From Longimicrobiales bacterium (GTDB taxonomy: Bacteria; Gemmatimonadota; Gemmatimonadetes; Longimicrobiales; Gaopeijiaceae), in the NCBI GenBank assembly GCA_965116905.1, contig OZ220732.1, forward strand, positions 3,040,001 to 3,104,000: a stretch of 64,000 bases of DNA, written 5' to 3'. The notes below the pieces were generated by a model. That model was given only the letters and a program-made list of their open reading frames with translations, did no database searches and was not told the DNA's origin. The number at the start of each line of letters is the position of its first letter. The first letter of the stretch is position 1. Both the position numbers and the translations under genes were made by a program. Positions 21,121 through 30,296 of the stretch are shown here, piece after piece.

Positions 21121-21603
21121 TCAGCCCCGACGTGCCCGAAAGAAGCCGCGCAGCAGCTCGGCGGACTCTTCGGCGAGGACCCCGCCGCGGAGCTCCACGC
21201 GATGGTTGAGCCGTGGATCCTGCACAACGTTCTCCAGGCTCCCGGCCATGCCGGCCTTGGGGTCCGCCGCACCGAACACGAGCCGCGGGATCCGGGCCAG
21301 AACCGCGGCGCCGGCACATAGCGCGCACGGCTCCAGCGTGGTGTACAGGGTGCAGCCCTCCAGGCGCCAGTCGCCCAGCCGCCGCGAAGCGCTCCGAATG
21401 GCCACGGTCTCGGCGTGGGCCGTGGGATCGCAGTCCTCGACGGTTCGGTTGTGGGCCTCGGCAATGACCTCGCCGTCGCGTACGATCACTGCGCCGACCG
21501 GCACCTCGCCGCGAAGCGCTCCGGCCCGAGCAAGCTCCAGCGCCCGCGCCATCCAGACACGATCGATGTCCGGGCCGGGCGGGACGTCGGGGACGCTGCT
21601 CAG
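21121..21603 (-). CDS. tadA: tRNA adenosine(34) deaminase
   Basis: GEVPVGAV, DPTAHAE, TLEPCALCAGA, FFRARR. First ATG is at 21552, but homology (DRVWM) extends upstream to an in-frame CTG at 21603 that overlaps the lexA-like stop. Confidence 0.93.
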   Translation of the reverse strand: MSSVPDVPPGPDIDRVWMARALELARAGALRGEVPVGAVIVRDGEVIAEAHNRTVEDCDPTAHAETVAIRSASRRLGDWRLEGCTLYTTLEPCALCAGAAVLARIPRLVFGAADPKAGMAGSLENVVQDPRLNHRVELRGGVLAEESAELLRGFFRARRG

Positions 21604-22307
21604 TGCGCGATGGCGGTCTTCGTGAACGAAGCGGGGCCGACCTGGCGGTAGAGACCCGTCACGCGGCCGACCAGAACCAGGGAAGCGGGCTCGTCCACGC
21701 GGGCGGGCACCCCCTCCCGTCCCAACGGGTGAAGAAGCACCTGCGACCTGCTTCGGTGGACGCGAAAGTAGTCGGGGATCCCCCCCACGCGCGCCACGAT
21801 CACTTCACCGTCGGCTAATTCGTCCGCCACCACGGGAGCAACGACGAGCAGATCGCCCTCGGCAACCGACCCGTTGGGGAGCACTCCCCGCGGAGCCCGC
21901 ACCATGAAGCCCCCCTTCCCTCCGGCCAGCTGGCGGTCGAGCGTGATGTGGGCCTCCGCCTGCCGGGAGCGTACGCCGGGCATGGCATCGCGCAGGTCTT
22001 CGAAGCACGGCAGCGAAACCGATTCCGCGTTGAGGTCGATTCCCAGGATCCGCACGCCCCTCGAACGGGAGGGATCCCGCTCGATGTAACCCTTGTCGGC
22101 CAGCGCCTGGAGATGTTCGGAGACCGTCTTGGTGCTCTTGATGCCGAAACGCTTTCCGATTTCCCGGATCGACGGCTGGTAGGTGTTGGTCCGAAGGAAA
22201 ACGACGATGAAGTCGAGGATGCCCCGCTCGATCTCGCTCAGCGCCGGCGCCGCGGCGGCACCGGATATCTGACCTGGAGAAATGGCGGATTTCTGTCCGG
22301 TTCGCAT
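21600..22307 (-). CDS. lexA: LexA-like repressor with intact wHTH but degenerate S24 peptidase domain
   Basis: LexA N-domain ILDFI...YQPSIREIG..FGIKS...V..HLQALADKGYIERDP..SRGV. C-domain FMVR...EGDLLVV...DGEVIVARV...GRVTGLYR lacks the AG site and the Ser/Lys dyad. Confidence 0.8.
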   Translation of the reverse strand: MRTGQKSAISPGQISGAAAAPALSEIERGILDFIVVFLRTNTYQPSIREIGKRFGIKSTKTVSEHLQALADKGYIERDPSRSRGVRILGIDLNAESVSLPCFEDLRDAMPGVRSRQAEAHITLDRQLAGGKGGFMVRAPRGVLPNGSVAEGDLLVVAPVVADELADGEVIVARVGGIPDYFRVHRSRSQVLLHPLGREGVPARVDEPASLVLVGRVTGLYRQVGPASFTKTAIAH

Positions 22308-22347
22308 GCGCTTCCGGGTGAGAGGATGGCCGATCGGGAAGGACGCA

Positions 22348-22376
22348 ATGTTAGGCGCGCGCCACTCGATTCGCAA
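22348..22376 (-). promoter_or_regulatory. Putative sigma70 promoter of the lexA-like gene
   Basis: Minus strand TTGCGA (22376-22371), 17-bp spacer, TAACAT (22353-22348). Confidence 0.5.
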
Positions 22377-22436
22377 CCCGCGGACCGTCGAGTGGACCGT
22401 CGAAAGTGGCCTCCGGCTGGACGCGGCGGAAACCGG

Positions 22437-23891
22437 TCAGGCGGGCTCGGCGTGCGAGGTGATCGCGTCGACCGCGCGCCCAATCCGCCCCAGAGACCGT
22501 TCCCGGCCCAGAATCAGAAGGACATCGAAGATCCCGGGCGACGCCGGAAGGCCGGTCAGCGCAAGGCGCAGCGGCTGAAACACCTTGCCGGCGCCCACCC
22601 CGAGGTCCCCCGCGAGGCCCCGAAGCGACTGCTCGAGGGCCTCCTCTTCCCACGCGGCCACCGCCAGTGCCTCCGCCACCCTTGTCAGGATCTCGGCCGC
22701 ACCCCCGGGATCCCTGTACCAGCTCTTGCGCGCCGCCTTCGCGTCGTAGCTGGTGACGGGACCGACGTAGGGGGCTGCCAACGCCGCCATCTCGGAAAGG
22801 GAGCGGCTCCGGGGAGCCAGGGCCGCGGTCATCCGCAGGAAGGCGTCGTCGGAGAGAGCGGACGGGCCTTCGGCCGCGGAGAGCCGCGAAGCCAGGGTCC
22901 GCCGCAGCCGCTCCGAGAGTTTCCGGGTGCCCAGCCGAGCCATGTACTTGCCGTTCATCCAGTAGAGCTTGGCGGGATCGAAGACGGAGCCCTTCTTCAG
23001 GACCCGGTCCATGGCAAACCGCGCCACCAGTTCGTCCCGTGACATCAACTCCTCGTCGGTTCCGGGCGACCAGCCCAGCAGCGCGAGGAAGTTGACCATC
23101 GCCTCGGGCAACACGCCTTCCTCTTCGTAGCTGTTCACCGCCTGGGCGCCGTGCCGCTTGGACAGCCTCTTGCCGTCCGGACCCAGGATCATGGGCAGGT
23201 GTCCGAAAGCGGGGACTTCGCGCCCCAGCGCTTCGTACAGCAGGATCTGTTTGGGCGTGTTGGAGATGTGATCGTCGCCGCGGATGACGTGGCTGATTCC
23301 CATGTGGGCGTCGTCCGACACCACGGCGTGATTGTAGGTCGGCGTGCCGTCGCCCCTCAGGATGACGAAGTCCTCGATCTCTCCGTTGGCGAAGCGCGTC
23401 TCGCCGTGCACCATGTCCCGCCACGAGGTGCTTCCGCCGGGAACCCGGAACCGCACCGCGAAGGGCTCGCCGGCCGCGGCCCGCCGCTCCGCCTCGGCCG
23501 CCGGCACGCGCGCGGCGAGTTCCCGCGAGAGCCGGGTCACCGCACCGCTCCCGGCTGCGACGGCCGCGTCCCGGGCGCGCTCGAACTCCTCCTGTGGGGT
23601 GAAGTCCCGGTAGGCGCGGCCCCGCTCCAGGAGAAGAAGCGCGTCGGCACGGTGCCGCTCGAGCCCGTCGGCCTGGAAGACGGGCTCTTCGTCCCAGTCC
23701 ATGCCCAGCCAGCGAAGGCCGTCCAGGATGGCCTCCACGTGCTCGGGCCGGCTCCGATTGCGGTCGGTGTCCTCGATTCGCAACAGGAAGGCGCCCCCGT
23801 TCCGGCGTGCCAGCAGCCAGTTGAAGAGCGCCGTGCGGGCTCCTCCCACGTGAAGGTACCCCGTGGGCGACGGAGCGAAGCGAAGTCTCAT
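22437..23891 (-). CDS. gltX: Glutamate--tRNA ligase
   Basis: RFAPSPTGYLHVGGARTALFN, LRIEDTD, HVIRGDDH, KRLSKRHG. Confidence 0.96.
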   Translation of the reverse strand: MRLRFAPSPTGYLHVGGARTALFNWLLARRNGGAFLLRIEDTDRNRSRPEHVEAILDGLRWLGMDWDEEPVFQADGLERHRADALLLLERGRAYRDFTPQEEFERARDAAVAAGSGAVTRLSRELAARVPAAEAERRAAAGEPFAVRFRVPGGSTSWRDMVHGETRFANGEIEDFVILRGDGTPTYNHAVVSDDAHMGISHVIRGDDHISNTPKQILLYEALGREVPAFGHLPMILGPDGKRLSKRHGAQAVNSYEEEGVLPEAMVNFLALLGWSPGTDEELMSRDELVARFAMDRVLKKGSVFDPAKLYWMNGKYMARLGTRKLSERLRRTLASRLSAAEGPSALSDDAFLRMTAALAPRSRSLSEMAALAAPYVGPVTSYDAKAARKSWYRDPGGAAEILTRVAEALAVAAWEEEALEQSLRGLAGDLGVGAGKVFQPLRLALTGLPASPGIFDVLLILGRERSLGRIGRAVDAITSHAEPA

Positions 23892-23898
23892 GGCGAGA

Positions 23899-26800
23899 TC
23901 AGCCGGCACCCGCTCCCGCGGCCGCCGCGCGGCGCGCCTTCGGGCGCTCGAAGAGCAGGTAGAGCGCCGGCGTGGCAGTCAGGACCAGGAAGGTCGACGA
24001 CGCCAGTCCGCCGATCAGGGCGTAGGCCAGCGCGTTCCAGATGTTCGAGTTCGCCGTCTCGCTGAAGATGACGAGCGGCGCCAGCCCCAGAATGGTCGTC
24101 GTGGTTGTCATGAGAATCGGTCTGACGCGCTCCAGGGTCCCCTTCTGGATGGCGGCTTCCAGCGCAAGCGGCGTCTCTCGCCGCACGCGGTTGATATGGT
24201 CGACAAGGAGAATCGCGTTGTTCACCACGATTCCTCCCATCATGATGACGCCGATGTACGCCTCGCGGGTGAAGTGCGCGTCCAGGTAGAAGAAGAGGAG
24301 AAACACCCCGATCAGGGCCATGGGCACCGTGAGGAGGACGCACAACGGCAACAGCAACGACTCGAAGAGCGCGGCCGTCACCATGTAGATGAGAAGGATG
24401 GACACGATGAGCAGCAGCGCCATCTGCGACTGCTCCTCCAGCGACCAGCGCCACCGGTCGGCCTTCTTGACCGTGTACCCGGGCGGCACCTCGGTCATAT
24501 CGATCACGCTGTTGTGGTAGAGGTCGCCGAGCTTGTAGGGCCCCCGGAACTCGTACGCTACGGAACGCTCGTACTGCTGGTCTTCGCGGCGGATGGTGGC
24601 CAGCACCTCGCGCGGGCGGATGGTCACGAGCTCGCCCAGCCGGACCGGATTGCCGGTCGGAGTCAGGACGAGCGTTTGCTGCAGTTCGACGAGATCGACC
24701 TCCCGGTTCCCCTCCAGCTTCACGTCGTAGCGGACTTCGTCGCCTCCGATCTTCAGCAGATCCTGGCTCACCTGACCGCGCACGGCATCCGATATCTGCA
24801 TCACCAGGAAATCGACCGTGAGATCGTGGCGGGCAACGACATCGCGGCGGATGTCCACGGCGAATTCCGATGCGCGGTCACGCGTGCGGAACCCGAAGGA
24901 TGCGTTCGTGTTCACGTCGCGAATGCGTGGAAACCGCTCCAGCCGGCCTCCGAGGTCCTCGGCGATGTCGCGCACCTTCTCGTAGTTGTACCCGAGGACC
25001 TGGATCGTGTAGTTGGGCGGCGATCCTCCACCGCCGTAGAAGGAGGGACCGTAGCCGTATACACGCACCTCGGCGCGTGAAAACCCCAGCGAGAAGGCGA
25101 AGAGTTGTTCCTTGATGCGCACTGGCACGTCGGTAAGCTCGAGAGCCTCGGGGAAGGTGACCGTGGTCCGGCTCGACTCGGGATAGACATTCGTCGTGAA
25201 ACGCTCGACTTCCGGCATCTGGCGCAGACGTTCCTCGAAGTACCGGGTCAACTGGTCGGTGCGCTCGATGTCGGAACCCCGCGGGAGGCGGATGGAGATG
25301 TCGATGTAGGTCTGCTGGCCCCAGCCTCCACCCCAGATCCTGCCCTTGTTGACGTACTGGTCGAACAGGTATCCGGACCCGCCGAGCATCGCGAGACACG
25401 CGACCACCACCACCCACGGCCGACGCAGCGTAAACCCCACGAGCCCCTGGTAGAAGCGCAGGTAGAGCGGCGGGCGCGCCGCCGAGCGGCCGGTGGGGGA
25501 TGGAGTCGCCTGCTCTCGTGGTGGCAGGATCCTGCCGACGAGCCCGGGGATGAAGCTGAACGCCACCAGGAGCGACGCCAGGAGACTCAGCACGACCACG
25601 ATGGCCAGCGGCAGGTAGTAGATCCGCAACTCGCCCTGCAGATAGACGAAGGGAGCGAAGACGATCAGGGTGGTTGCGGTCGCGGCCAGGATGGGCAGCA
25701 CCACATGTGTCGCCCCCTCCTGGATCGCGCTGTTCCGCGATCGTCCGGATTGCCATCGTCGGTAGATGTTCTCCAGCACCACGATGGAGTTGTCCACGAT
25801 GAGGCCGAACGCCATCGCCAGCCCCATGAGCGTCAGGACGTTCAGGGAGAATCCCGCGAAATAGATCAGGTTGAGCGAAATGAGGATCGAGAACGCGATC
25901 GTGGCGAACACCACGACCGCGGAGCGCAGCGATCCCAGGAACAGGAAGAGCACCCCGAAGATCACGATGACCGATATGAGCGCCCGGCTGCGCAGGTCGG
26001 ACATCTGCCGCCGGATCTGTCTGCTCTCGTCCCAGTCCAGGATAAAGCGCGTGTTGGGCGGGTTTCGAAGTTCGACGGCCGCCAGGCGCTCCTTCACGTT
26101 GTCCGCGACCCGCACCGAATTGGCGCCGATCTCCTTCTGGACCCTCATTTCCACGGCTGGCCGCGAGTTGACGCGGTAGTGATTACGAATGTCCTCGTAG
26201 GTGTCGCGCACGACCGCGATGTCCGAGACCCGGATGACACGCCCGCCGTCGGACTTGACGATCGCGGTGCGGATGTCCTGGGCGGATACGGGCCGGTTGC
26301 GGATCGTCACCGTCCACTGGCGGTCACCGGACCGGACCGCGCCTGCCTCGCGCACGAGATCGAGATTGCCCAGCCTCCGGTCCACGTCGTACGAGCTCAC
26401 GCCCATCGCCGCCATCAGCTCGCGGTCCAGCTCGATTTCGATCAGCCGCTCGCGGCCCCCGCGTGCGGTGACCAGCGCAACCCCCTCGACACGGCTCAAT
26501 TCGGGAATCACGACATCGTCGAGGTGTTGCCGAAGCGATTCCAGCGTCCGCGCACCCGTGAAGGTGTAGCTCAGGAGCCCCCGCCCCTGCGTCTCCCTGA
26601 ACTCGTCCGGGATATAGGGAGAGACCATCACCCGGTCGACCCCGGGGGGGAGTTCGTTCTCTTCCAGCGTCGCAAGCCGCTCGGACAGATCGAGACGCGC
26701 GAAATCCATGTCGACGTCGCGGGAGAACTCGATGTCGATGCGCGTACTGCCTTCGGAGGATTCGGAAACGACCTTTTCGACGCCCTCCACCAGCTGAATC

Positions 26801-27003
26801 GCCGCTTCCAGGGGCGAGGTGAGGAACGCCTCCACCGTCTCCGGAGAGGCGCCTCGCCAGGTCCCCTGGACCGTCAACTGGGGCAGCCGGGTGTCGGGCA
26901 TCAGTTCGACCGGAATGTCCTGCCACGCCCGCACCCCGAGAAGCGCGACCGCGACGTACGCCATCGCGACCGCCACCGGCCGGCGCATGCTCAGCTTGAT
27001 CAT
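23899..27003 (-). CDS. RND efflux permease subunit (AcrB/AcrD/AcrF family)
   Basis: RRPVAVAM, GLIVDNSIVVLENI, GIVVNNAILLVD, RVRPILMTT. Confidence 0.93.
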   Translation of the reverse strand: MIKLSMRRPVAVAMAYVAVALLGVRAWQDIPVELMPDTRLPQLTVQGTWRGASPETVEAFLTSPLEAAIQLVEGVEKVVSESSEGSTRIDIEFSRDVDMDFARLDLSERLATLEENELPPGVDRVMVSPYIPDEFRETQGRGLLSYTFTGARTLESLRQHLDDVVIPELSRVEGVALVTARGGRERLIEIELDRELMAAMGVSSYDVDRRLGNLDLVREAGAVRSGDRQWTVTIRNRPVSAQDIRTAIVKSDGGRVIRVSDIAVVRDTYEDIRNHYRVNSRPAVEMRVQKEIGANSVRVADNVKERLAAVELRNPPNTRFILDWDESRQIRRQMSDLRSRALISVIVIFGVLFLFLGSLRSAVVVFATIAFSILISLNLIYFAGFSLNVLTLMGLAMAFGLIVDNSIVVLENIYRRWQSGRSRNSAIQEGATHVVLPILAATATTLIVFAPFVYLQGELRIYYLPLAIVVVLSLLASLLVAFSFIPGLVGRILPPREQATPSPTGRSAARPPLYLRFYQGLVGFTLRRPWVVVVACLAMLGGSGYLFDQYVNKGRIWGGGWGQQTYIDISIRLPRGSDIERTDQLTRYFEERLRQMPEVERFTTNVYPESSRTTVTFPEALELTDVPVRIKEQLFAFSLGFSRAEVRVYGYGPSFYGGGGSPPNYTIQVLGYNYEKVRDIAEDLGGRLERFPRIRDVNTNASFGFRTRDRASEFAVDIRRDVVARHDLTVDFLVMQISDAVRGQVSQDLLKIGGDEVRYDVKLEGNREVDLVELQQTLVLTPTGNPVRLGELVTIRPREVLATIRREDQQYERSVAYEFRGPYKLGDLYHNSVIDMTEVPPGYTVKKADRWRWSLEEQSQMALLLIVSILLIYMVTAALFESLLLPLCVLLTVPMALIGVFLLFFYLDAHFTREAYIGVIMMGGIVVNNAILLVDHINRVRRETPLALEAAIQKGTLERVRPILMTTTTTILGLAPLVIFSETANSNIWNALAYALIGGLASSTFLVLTATPALYLLFERPKARRAAAAGAGAG

Positions 27004-30000
27004 GGCCGCCGGCTCCTCCACCCGCGGCGCGCGTCCTCGATCACGGAATAGACCACGGGTACGACGATCAGCGTGAGAGCGGTGGCGACCAGGAGGCCAC
27101 CGATGACCGAGATCGCCATGGGAGCCCTGAGATCGGCGCCGCGGCCGATTCCCAGCGCCATGGGCAGGAGGCCCAGTACCGTCGTCACGGTCGTCATCAC
27201 GATGGGTCGCAGCCGCACCTCACCCGCCTCCAGGATCGCGTCCCTGAGACTCAGGCCGCGAGCGATTCCCTGGTTTATGAAGTCCACCTTGACGATCGCG
27301 TCGTTCACCACAATTCCAACGAGAATCACAATTCCGATCAGGCTCATCGTGTTGAGGCCCTCACCCGTGAGCACGAGTGCAAGGATAGCGCCCACGAGCG
27401 CGAGAGGCACGGCCATCAGGATCGTAAATGGGTGGACGAAGGATTCGAACTGCGCCGCCAGGATCATGTACACCAGCAGCAGGGCCAGCCCGAACGCGAA
27501 CGCGAGGTCGCGGAACGAACGGCGCATTTCCTCGTTCTCGCCGCCCACATCCACCCGGATATCACGTGGCGGCTGCATGCCGGCGAGCGTGCCCTCGATG
27601 GCGACGATCGCGTCCCCGAGCCCGCCCGACGCAACGTCGGCGTACACGGTCACCACCCTGCCCTGGTCCTCCCGGCGGATCTCGGCAGGCCCCACGGTCT
27701 CGCGAATGGTCACCAGCTCGCGCAGCGGCACGCCTTCGACCCGGAGCATGTCGAGCGTCGACGCGTCGTGGCGCAGGAAGTCGGGCAGCCGCACCATGAC
27801 CGCGATCTTGCGGTCGAAGTCCACGAACTCCGTGGCCCGGTCACCGCGCATCGCCGATTCGATCGTTTCCGCCACGACGCGCGGGTCGATGTTGTAGTTG
27901 GCGGCGGCTTCGGCATCGATCGACACCTGGAACTGGGGCTGCCCCCGCTCCGACCCGATCCGGACGTTGCGGACCTCGGGCAGTCCCGAGAGCCCCTGGC
28001 GCACGTCCTGCGCGAAACGGTAGGCGTCGACGAGGTTCTCCCCGCGCACGCGCACGGCGATGTCCGCCTCTCCACCCCCCAGGATATGGCCCAGCGCGGT
28101 GGCCTGACCGGTCTCGAAGGACAGCGTCCCCGCCGGGAACTCGCTCGCCACGTTCTGTGCCCTCGCGACGACCTCCTCCGTAAGCGCGGCGTCGTCGAGC
28201 CTCACCTGTATCGTCGCGGTGTGAAGCCCCGAGGCCTGACCCTCGTCCCCCCTTGCCTGCACGTCGCGCCCGATGTGGCTGAATACCGCGGCCACCTGCG
28301 CGTCGTCGATCATGCGGCGCTCCAGCGACTCGACCGACTCGGCCGTCGCCTGCAGCTGCGTCCCTTCGGCCAGCTCGACGCGCACGTCGAAGGCGCCCTG
28401 GTCGACGTTGGGAAGAAGATCCCGGTCCAGTCCCACGGCCAGAAGGAGGCAACCGCCGAGGGCCCCCGCAGCCACGGTAAGCACCGTGCCGCGACGGTCC
28501 AGAGAACGCGCGAGGACCCCGTGATACCAGGCCGCGAAGGCCCGGAAAAGCCGATCGAAGACCCGGAAGAAGGGTCCGAAGACGGTCGACAGAACGCGGT
28601 TTCCCAGCTCCAGCCAGAACCTGACGAGCTGAGGGACCAGGGACGCGACTCCGGCGACGGCCCGAATCGGGAGCCGCAGCAACCCCACCACCAGCCAGCC
28701 GATCCTGCCCAGCAGGGTCGAGGGGCGCGGGCGCGCAGGTGCCGAAGGTTCGGCGTACTCTTCGGCTGCCTGTCCCCCGCCCTTGAAGTGGGCAGCCATC
28801 GAGGGAAGCAGCGTGAGCGCGACGGCGAGGCTTGCGAGCAACGAAAACGCGACCGCCAGCGAGAGGGCTCCGAACAGCTCCCCCGCCACGCCCTGCACGT
28901 ATATGATGGGACCGAAGACCGAGATCGTGGTCAGGGTCGATGCCGTGATCGCTCCCTGCACCTCCTCGGCCCCGCGCGCGGCGGCTTCGAGGGGGCCGGC
29001 ACCCAGCTGCCGGTGCCTGAAGATGTTCTCCAGGACGATGATCGAGTTGTCGACCAGCATCCCTACCCCGAGCGCCAGTCCCCCCAGGCTCATGATGTTC
29101 AGCGAGACCCCGAACGCGTCCATCAGCGCGAAGGTCCCGACCACCGAGATGGGAATGGCAAGCGCGATGGCTACGGGGTAGCGGGGATCGCGGAGGAAGA
29201 AGAAGAGCACGACGAACGCGAGCAGGCCCCCGAGGATCAGCGCCTGCACCACGTTGCTGATCGATTCGTCGATGAACGTGGCCTGGTTGTACGCGATCTC
29301 GGCCGTGAAATCGGGGTACTGTTCCTTCAGCAGGTCCAGGGTCTCCTGCACATCTTCGGACACGGCCACCGTATTGGCGCCCGCCTCCTTGAAGACCAGG
29401 AGCCCCACCGACTCGAACCCGTTGTAGCGCGCGATCTCCTCGCGTTCCGCGAAGCCGTCCACCACCGTGGCGATGTCGCCGAGCCGGACCAGTCGAAACG
29501 CGGTCTCCTCCTCCCCGCTCTGCTGGCCCGATTCCCCCTGACCGCCCAGCTGCTGCCTTCCCACGACGACGTCAGCGATCTCCTCGACCGTCTGGAATTC
29601 GCCCAGGGTGCGGAGCGGATACCGATACCGCCCCCGCAGGATCGTGCCGCCGCGGGCCGAGTAGTTGGCCTGTTCGAGCGCCCGGGACACCTCGGCGAGC
29701 GTGATGCCGTTCGCCTCGAGTCGCGGCGGGTCCACTTCGATGTGAATCTCGCGGTCGAGCCCGCCCGTCACCGATGCCTGGGCGACGCCCTCGAGCTGCT
29801 CGAGCCGGCGCCGGAAGACGTCCTCGGCCACCTCCTTGTTCTCCAGGAGGTCGCCCCCACCCGTGAGTGAAATCGTGAGGATCGGCTCGGCCTGGGGGTC
29901 GACGCGCAGAATGGTCGGCCGGTCGGCGGTCTCGGGAAACTGGTCGCGGATGTTGTCGAGACGCTCGCGCACATTGAGCGCCGCGAAGTCCATGTCCGTG

Positions 30001-30293
30001 CCCCACGCGAAGCGCAGGGTAACGAGGCTGACGCCCTCCTGGGACACCGAGGTCACCTTCTCGACCCCGGGCACCGCGGCCGCTTGCTGCTCGACACGCT
30101 CCGTCACGAGGCGTTCGACCTCGGCGGGTGCCACGTTCGGATACCCGGTGTAGACAACAAGACGCGGAAAGCTCACATCGGGTAGCAGGTCGATCGGCAA
30201 CCGTGTAAACGATATGCCGCCCAGGAGGACGACAGCCATCACGAGCATCGCGACGGCGACGGGACGCCGTGTAGAGGTTCTCGGCACCGACAT
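27000..30293 (-). CDS. RND efflux permease subunit (AcrB/AcrD/AcrF family)
   Basis: RRPVAVAM, LPIDLLPDV, GMLVDNSIIVLENI, RLRPIVMTT. Confidence 0.93.
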   Translation of the reverse strand: MSVPRTSTRRPVAVAMLVMAVVLLGGISFTRLPIDLLPDVSFPRLVVYTGYPNVAPAEVERLVTERVEQQAAAVPGVEKVTSVSQEGVSLVTLRFAWGTDMDFAALNVRERLDNIRDQFPETADRPTILRVDPQAEPILTISLTGGGDLLENKEVAEDVFRRRLEQLEGVAQASVTGGLDREIHIEVDPPRLEANGITLAEVSRALEQANYSARGGTILRGRYRYPLRTLGEFQTVEEIADVVVGRQQLGGQGESGQQSGEEETAFRLVRLGDIATVVDGFAEREEIARYNGFESVGLLVFKEAGANTVAVSEDVQETLDLLKEQYPDFTAEIAYNQATFIDESISNVVQALILGGLLAFVVLFFFLRDPRYPVAIALAIPISVVGTFALMDAFGVSLNIMSLGGLALGVGMLVDNSIIVLENIFRHRQLGAGPLEAAARGAEEVQGAITASTLTTISVFGPIIYVQGVAGELFGALSLAVAFSLLASLAVALTLLPSMAAHFKGGGQAAEEYAEPSAPARPRPSTLLGRIGWLVVGLLRLPIRAVAGVASLVPQLVRFWLELGNRVLSTVFGPFFRVFDRLFRAFAAWYHGVLARSLDRRGTVLTVAAGALGGCLLLAVGLDRDLLPNVDQGAFDVRVELAEGTQLQATAESVESLERRMIDDAQVAAVFSHIGRDVQARGDEGQASGLHTATIQVRLDDAALTEEVVARAQNVASEFPAGTLSFETGQATALGHILGGGEADIAVRVRGENLVDAYRFAQDVRQGLSGLPEVRNVRIGSERGQPQFQVSIDAEAAANYNIDPRVVAETIESAMRGDRATEFVDFDRKIAVMVRLPDFLRHDASTLDMLRVEGVPLRELVTIRETVGPAEIRREDQGRVVTVYADVASGGLGDAIVAIEGTLAGMQPPRDIRVDVGGENEEMRRSFRDLAFAFGLALLLVYMILAAQFESFVHPFTILMAVPLALVGAILALVLTGEGLNTMSLIGIVILVGIVVNDAIVKVDFINQGIARGLSLRDAILEAGEVRLRPIVMTTVTTVLGLLPMALGIGRGADLRAPMAISVIGGLLVATALTLIVVPVVYSVIEDARRGWRSRRP

Positions 30294-30296
30294 CGG

